Assembly (NCBI GenBank): GCA_051251915.1
Contig: JBPOGF010000016.1
Span: 42,266-106,265 of the forward strand
Source: Akkermansiaceae bacterium
Lineage (GTDB): Bacteria > Verrucomicrobiota > Verrucomicrobiia > Verrucomicrobiales > Akkermansiaceae
Length of the DNA: 64,000 nucleotides
Direction of reading: 5' to 3'
Shown one piece after another: positions 56,573 through 64,000 of the stretch. The position numbers and the translations under genes were made by a program. Every line of letters begins with the position of its first letter. The stretch's first letter is position 1. A model generated the notes under the pieces. That model saw nothing but the letters and a program-made list of their open reading frames with translations, had not been told where the DNA came from and made no database searches.

Positions 56573-57226
56573 ATGGAAGATTTTTTAGCAGCTATAAATG
56601 CGATGAGTGGGGTGTCGGCTCGGTTTTTGACGAGGGTGCCGGGGGTGGAAGTGGATACGGATAAGGTAGCAACGGTGAAGCGGTTAGAGCCCTTTCATAG
56701 GGCGGCGGTTGAGGAAATGAAATTTAGTTGGGATGTGTGCTGGCGCGCAGAGCAGGTGCATGGTGCGGGTATTAAAAAGGTTGTTGGGGGTGAGGAGGCT
56801 TCGATTATTAATGGGGTTGATGGGTTAGTGAGTGCTGACAGCGGTATTGTGTTAGGGATTTATGTGGCTGATTGTGGTGCTCTTTATGTGGTTGATCAGG
56901 TGACTGGTGCTATCGGGTTGTTGCATTCGGGTAAGAAGGGGACGGAGTTAGGGATTTTGGCAAAGGCTTTGGAGGTGATGAGGGAGGAATTTGGGACGAA
57001 GGCTGAGGATGTGGTTGTGGTATTGGGGCCTTGTATTAGACCTCCGGCTTATGAGGTGGACTTTGCTGCGGAGATAAGGCGGCAAGCGATTGGTGCGGGA
57101 GTTAGGGAGGAGAATTTCACGGATTGTGGGGTTTGTACGAGTGGGGATTTGGATACGTATTATAGTTATCGGGCTGAGATGGGTGCGACTGGGAGAATGC
57201 TAGCATTATTAGGAAAACATGAGTGA
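56573..57226 (+). CDS. YfiH/PgeF-family (polyphenol oxidase-like, purine nucleoside phosphorylase) protein
   Basis: EQVHG, VADC, LHSG, GPCI...YEV, YSYR...GR. Confidence 0.88.
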   Translation: MEDFLAAINAMSGVSARFLTRVPGVEVDTDKVATVKRLEPFHRAAVEEMKFSWDVCWRAEQVHGAGIKKVVGGEEASIINGVDGLVSADSGIVLGIYVADCGALYVVDQVTGAIGLLHSGKKGTELGILAKALEVMREEFGTKAEDVVVVLGPCIRPPAYEVDFAAEIRRQAIGAGVREENFTDCGVCTSGDLDTYYSYRAEMGATGRMLALLGKHE

Positions 57227-58055
57227 AATAGTTCATAGAGAAATAGCGAAGGCGAAGGTGAATCTATCACTTGAGGTTTTGGGGAAGCGTGAGGATGGGT
57301 TTCATGCGTTGACGACTAGGATGGCGCCGATTAGCTTGGCGGACGAATTGGAATTTTATCGTGCAGATAAGTATATTTTAGAGTGTGATACTGAGGGGGT
57401 TCCGTTGGATGAGAGTAATCTAGTGAGTATGGCTGTGAGGTTATTTGAGAGAGAGACTGGGGTTGAGTCACAGTGGGGCGTGAAGTTGACCAAGCATGTG
57501 CCACATGGGGCTGGGCTGGGTGGTGGTAGTGGTGATGCTGCAGCGGTGATGCGTGGGTTGAATAAACTTGAGGGAGCTGGGCTTAGTGTGGCTAGGATGG
57601 CTGAGTTGTTAGGAGAGATAGGCTCTGATGTGCCGTTTTTTGTGTATGATTCGGTTTGTGATTGTAGTGGGCGAGGGGAGATCGTGGAGCCTGTGGAGTG
57701 GGATCACGAGGTGACGATGCTTTTGTTGAAGCCTAGCTTTGGTGTGAGTACACCAGAGGCTTATAAGGCGTGGGCAGGGGCGCGGGAATTACCAGGGGTG
57801 GATTACTCCGCGCAGAAATTAAGCTGGGGTGAGCTGGTGAATGATTTGGAGAAGCCGGTGTTTATGAAGCACAGGTTTCTGGCTGAGATGAAGATGTGGT
57901 TATTGGCTCAAGCAGAAGTGGAGGGTGCAATGATGAGCGGTTCAGGGTCCACGTTTATGGCTATTCTTGACAAGAAGAATGCAGAGAAGGTGCTGGGGAG
58001 GGCTAGAGAGGAACTTGATCCAACGCTTTGGGGGATGGTGGTGGATCTTGGCTGA
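57219..58055 (+). CDS. ispE: 4-(cytidine 5'-diphospho)-2-C-methyl-D-erythritol kinase
   Basis: AKVNLSL, GAGLGGGSGDAA, IGSDVPFF, NDLE, MSGSGST. Confidence 0.94.
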   Translation: MSEIVHREIAKAKVNLSLEVLGKREDGFHALTTRMAPISLADELEFYRADKYILECDTEGVPLDESNLVSMAVRLFERETGVESQWGVKLTKHVPHGAGLGGGSGDAAAVMRGLNKLEGAGLSVARMAELLGEIGSDVPFFVYDSVCDCSGRGEIVEPVEWDHEVTMLLLKPSFGVSTPEAYKAWAGARELPGVDYSAQKLSWGELVNDLEKPVFMKHRFLAEMKMWLLAQAEVEGAMMSGSGSTFMAILDKKNAEKVLGRAREELDPTLWGMVVDLG

Positions 58056-58057
58056 TA

Positions 58058-59674
58058 TTAGAATCTTCTAACCTCGGTGTCAGTGACGAAGAGCTCACTT
58101 TTTTCTGGGTAATCTAGGGTGTAGTGGATGCCTCTGGATTCTTTTCTGCGGGTGGCGCAATCTACGATGAGCATACCTGTGGCGACGAGGTTTCTGAGTT
58201 CTAGAATGTCTGGGGTGACTGTGTGTCCCCAGTAAAACTCGCGTACTTCTTTACGGAGGTTTCGTAGTCTTCTGGCAGCTCGTTGCAGGCGGTTGTCTGT
58301 TCGAACAATGGAAACGTAGTCCCACATGAGGCGCCGTATTTCATCCCAGTTATGTGAGATGAGAACTTGTTCGTCTGGTGGCGTGGCATCTCCGTATTCC
58401 CAGGATGGGATGGTGACAGGGGTAAGGTTTGTTCGTTTGTGGGCGAGCGTTTTGACGATATTATCAAGTGCTCTTCTTGCCATGACATTTCCTTCTAGCA
58501 GAGAGTTAGATGCGAGACGGTTTGCTCCGTGAAGGCCTGTGCAGGCGACTTCACCGATGGCGTATAGTCCGCGGATGGTGGTGCGACCATCGACGTCAGT
58601 AGCTACTCCGCCGCATTGATAATGTGCTGCGGGGACTACTGGGATGGGTGATGTTTCGCAATCATGGCCGAATTTGAGTAGAGTTTCGTAGATGTGCGGG
58701 AAGCGTTCTTTCATGAAGCCTTTTGGCTTGTGTGTGACATCGAGGTAAACGCATGTAGCACCGGTCTTTTTGATTTCGTGGTCAATCGCGCGGGCGACAA
58801 TGTCACGAGGAGCGAGTGAGCCACGGGGGTCGTGCTGTTTGGTGAATTCTTCGCCTTGAGCGTTGATGAGGATGCCTCCTTCGCCGCGTACTGCCTCTGA
58901 TACTAGAAATGATCTTGCTTCCGCGCCCTGAGCGGATGGGTTGTAGAAGCAGGTGGGGTGGAACTGAACGAATTCCATGTTTGAGATGGTGGCTCCGGCT
59001 CTCCAAGCCATGGCTAATCCATCGCCGGTGGAGCTGTCTGGGTTGGTGGTGTAGAGGTAGACTTTACCACAGCCTCCTGTGGCGAGGAGGACTCTATCGG
59101 AACGGAATATTTTAACGGCTCCTGATGACTCATCCAACACATATGCGCCTACGATTCTATCTTCTGTGGCGATACCTAGCTTGGCGGTGGTGATGAGATC
59201 AACGGCGAAGTGTTCTTCTAGGATGGTGATGTTTTCAATTTCTCTGGCGGTCTCGATGAGGGCATTTGCGATTTCGAATCCGGTGGTGTCTTTGCAATGC
59301 AGAATACGTCTTTGACTGTGCCCTCCTTCTTTACCTAGTGAGTATGAGGTGTCCTTGTTGCGGTCAAATTTTACTCCCGCGTTGACGAGGTCATTGATGG
59401 TTTCATTTCCTTGTTCGATGATGGCACGGACTGCATTTTCGTTGCATAGTCCAGCGCCGGCATCGAGTGTGTCTGCGATGTGAGATTCTATATCGTCACC
59501 CATTTCACGTTGGGCTTTATCTAATACGGCGGAGATTCCTCCTTGTGCCCATGCTGTGTTAGATTCTAGGGCTTTGCCTTTGGTGATTACCGTGACTGTG
59601 CCGTATTTGGCAGCATGGATGGCAAAGGATAGTCCGGCTATTCCGGTGCCGATGACGAGAAAATCTGATTGCAT
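58058..59674 (-). CDS. nadB: L-aspartate oxidase
   Basis: GTGIAGL, WAQGGI, EGGHS, QFHPT, SEAVRGEG, LAPRDIVAR, GLHGANRLASNSLLE. Confidence 0.96.
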   Translation of the reverse strand: MQSDFLVIGTGIAGLSFAIHAAKYGTVTVITKGKALESNTAWAQGGISAVLDKAQREMGDDIESHIADTLDAGAGLCNENAVRAIIEQGNETINDLVNAGVKFDRNKDTSYSLGKEGGHSQRRILHCKDTTGFEIANALIETAREIENITILEEHFAVDLITTAKLGIATEDRIVGAYVLDESSGAVKIFRSDRVLLATGGCGKVYLYTTNPDSSTGDGLAMAWRAGATISNMEFVQFHPTCFYNPSAQGAEARSFLVSEAVRGEGGILINAQGEEFTKQHDPRGSLAPRDIVARAIDHEIKKTGATCVYLDVTHKPKGFMKERFPHIYETLLKFGHDCETSPIPVVPAAHYQCGGVATDVDGRTTIRGLYAIGEVACTGLHGANRLASNSLLEGNVMARRALDNIVKTLAHKRTNLTPVTIPSWEYGDATPPDEQVLISHNWDEIRRLMWDYVSIVRTDNRLQRAARRLRNLRKEVREFYWGHTVTPDILELRNLVATGMLIVDCATRRKESRGIHYTLDYPEKSELFVTDTEVRRF

Positions 59675-59704
59675 GGTATGAGTTTGTTAGGAATGTGATG
59701 AAAG

Positions 59705-60547
59705 TTACAGCACAATATTATCGATCAATCTCACTTGCCCGAAGAAGACCGCCGTGGCTATGACTGCGGGGCGATCGACATCCTTGAGGGCATGGAGATT
59801 TTCTGCGCAGACGCATTCTAAGTAATCGATTTTAGAGTGGGGAGCAGATTTATCTAGGTGTAGTCTAAATTTGGATAGGATTCGATCTGCTGAACGTTCT
59901 CCATTTTCATAGAGTTCATGAGCTTTTAGTAGTCCTTCCCGGATGGCGGGAGCTAGTTTGAGTTCATCTGGGGTTAATCCTGCGTTACGCGATGACATGG
60001 CTAGTCCGGATAGTTCACGAACTGTGGGGTGGGCGATGATCTCGACTCGATAGCTGAGGTCTCGAACTAGTCGTTTGATGATGGTGAGTTGTTGGTAGTC
60101 TTTCTGGCCGAAGACAGCGGCTGTGGGTTGAAGAATATTAAATAGCTTGGTGATCACGGTGCAAACACCATCGAAGTGTCCTGGTCTGGTGGCGCCGCAG
60201 AGGAGTGATGAAAGGGAGTTCTCCGATACTTCGATAGAGCGGTCTGGGAAATAGAAGTCTTCACTTTTTGGGGTGTAAACATAGTCCACTCCTAGTCGTT
60301 CGCAATGACTTAGGTCTTGCTCGATAGGTTGGGGGTATGATTCAAGATCCTGCGTACGGTCGAACTGGATTGGGTTCACAAAGATGGAGACTACGACATT
60401 CCCGTGTTCGCCAGCGAGCTCCTTAGCCCTCTGGATGAGCGAGAAATGGCCTACATGCAATGCGCCCATTGTGGGAACTAATATCAGTGGATTAGGTGCC
60501 GTCTGGAGGTGTTCTTGAATATCGGTGTCTGAATGTAGTTGGATCAT
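59705..60547 (-). CDS. panC: Pantoate--beta-alanine ligase
   Basis: VPTMGALHVGH, SIFVNP.QF, RPGHFDGV, FGQKDYQQ, GLAMSSRN, RLIDN. Confidence 0.96.
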   Translation of the reverse strand: MIQLHSDTDIQEHLQTAPNPLILVPTMGALHVGHFSLIQRAKELAGEHGNVVVSIFVNPIQFDRTQDLESYPQPIEQDLSHCERLGVDYVYTPKSEDFYFPDRSIEVSENSLSSLLCGATRPGHFDGVCTVITKLFNILQPTAAVFGQKDYQQLTIIKRLVRDLSYRVEIIAHPTVRELSGLAMSSRNAGLTPDELKLAPAIREGLLKAHELYENGERSADRILSKFRLHLDKSAPHSKIDYLECVCAENLHALKDVDRPAVIATAVFFGQVRLIDNIVL

Positions 60548-60723
60548 AACTGCGTGTTGCCTTGAGAGAATGACCTAGAAGTCATAATCTGCCAGCAAAA
60601 AAGCAACACGAGTTGCGTCATTAGTCCATTATTTTCCGGTAATTTTCTGCATCTATCGTTGACGTATGCTATTATTATGTCACCTTCTCTACGGAAATAT
60701 TAACAAAACTAAACAACATTTTT

Positions 60724-61329
60724 ATGATAAAGAAATTCTTAAAACCACTACTAATCACTCTCAGCCTTGCAGTTTTCACTTCATCAGCTGTAGCAGGACC
60801 TATTAAATCTGTCGCTACGGTAGACATGAAGAAGCTTTTTGATGAATATCATCTCACTAAAGGAGCGCAGGAGAAAGTAAAAGAGAATCAAGCGGAGATC
60901 GCTAAGGAGAATAATGAGAAGCTCGCTGAAATCCGTGGTATTGCTGATAAAATAGCAGAACTCACTAAGATGATCAACGATGGATCTATTGCACCTAAAC
61001 TAAAAGTAGAGCACGAGCGTGAGCGTAAACTACAGGCTAACAAAGGTAATGCACTTGAGAACAACCGCCGTGAGTGGTTGAACCGCCGTAACAAGGCTAT
61101 CAACGAGAACATTGTAACTGAGATGAGAAAGATTCTTGCTCAGATTCAGGACAAAGTAGAAGCATATGCTCGTGACAACGATGTAGACATGATCTTTGAT
61201 AAGTCAGCACGCGGAACTACTCAGACACATTTCCTTATTTTCTCTAAGGACCAGTTTGACATTACTGCAGTACTTCTTGAGACTCTAAACAAAGGAGCTA
61301 CACCGGCAGCACCTGCAGAGGCACCATAA
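60724..61329 (+). CDS. OmpH/Skp-family periplasmic chaperone
   Basis: Signal peptide, VATVDMKKLF, long coiled coil, DMIFDKS...DIT. Confidence 0.85.
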   Translation: MIKKFLKPLLITLSLAVFTSSAVAGPIKSVATVDMKKLFDEYHLTKGAQEKVKENQAEIAKENNEKLAEIRGIADKIAELTKMINDGSIAPKLKVEHERERKLQANKGNALENNRREWLNRRNKAINENIVTEMRKILAQIQDKVEAYARDNDVDMIFDKSARGTTQTHFLIFSKDQFDITAVLLETLNKGATPAAPAEAP

Positions 61330-61357
61330 TTAAGCTAATATTTCATTCATTTTTACT

Positions 61358-61393
61358 AAAGGCTTCCTCAGTTCATTCTGAGGGAGCTTTTTT
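61358..61393 (+). terminator. Terminator after ompH
   Basis: GGCTTCCTCAG-TTCATT-CTGAGGGAGCT followed by a T-run. Confidence 0.75.
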
Positions 61394-61589
61394 ATTATGG
61401 GCTGAGAGTTTGTGTACAAGGGGGATGAATCTTGATGGAGCGTTGTGAATTGGATTTTGAACCACTAAAAGAGCGCAGAAATAAGCTGAAAACTACGAGG
61501 TTGATACAAATTGATTAAGTCTATTATTTTGTGGGGATTCGTCTTAGTTGTGGGGATTTATCCTAATGTGGTATAGGGGGGAGGGCGTG

Positions 61590-61624
61590 AAAAAGCCTCA
61601 CCAGAACGTTTCTGATGAGGCTTT
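61590..61624 (-). terminator. Terminator after icd
   Basis: AAAAAGCCTCACCAGAA-CGT-TTCTGATGAGGCTTT. Confidence 0.75.
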
Positions 61625-61646
61625 AAATGATCTTATGAATGCTGGC

Positions 61647-63872
<2,226 letters not shown>

Positions 63873-64000
63873 CTAATGGAGGCAGGGCTGATGGTCAAGG
63901 TTATTGAGGGTGGGGTGTGTCCTACGTGTTGCCTCATTGAAGCGGACACCGAAAAAAACTTAGTCTTGCCGAGAATAGCTCCCGTTGCCTCATAAATGAG

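Overview
Chromosomal window from a Verrucomicrobiota bacterium. A Rubritalea/Akkermansiaceae-like source is inferred from the Verru_Chthon-A-like giant pilin, the tandem plant-Deg-like proteases, DUF1080/sulfatase content and A-rich leaders without a Shine-Dalgarno. About 55 CDSs are mostly housekeeping (coaD, lipB, tmk, ilvC, lysC, mscL, ftsK, ispE, nadB, panC, icd), plus one tRNA-Ser(GCT). No integrase, transposase or CRISPR array is visible. Most notable: (i) a degenerate duplicate of the lipB 3' end that brackets a single cargo gene and is itself interrupted by a 72-bp TA-flanked MITE; (ii) a 132-aa minimal kinase + PP2C + Zn-ribbon operon; (iii) a RimK-RCK_C fusion paired with a deacylase; (iv) two apparent pseudoenzymes, a triad-less HtrA paralog beside an active one and a stand-alone Pta lacking its catalytic motif; (v) an AraC-linked, split Tm-1-like (TIM barrel + UPF0261) operon with FG-GAP, Dabb and an NTT-like transporter; (vi) a likely internal beta-subunit start in lysC marked by a local composition switch. 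All family calls come from motif recognition by eye; no database searches were run.
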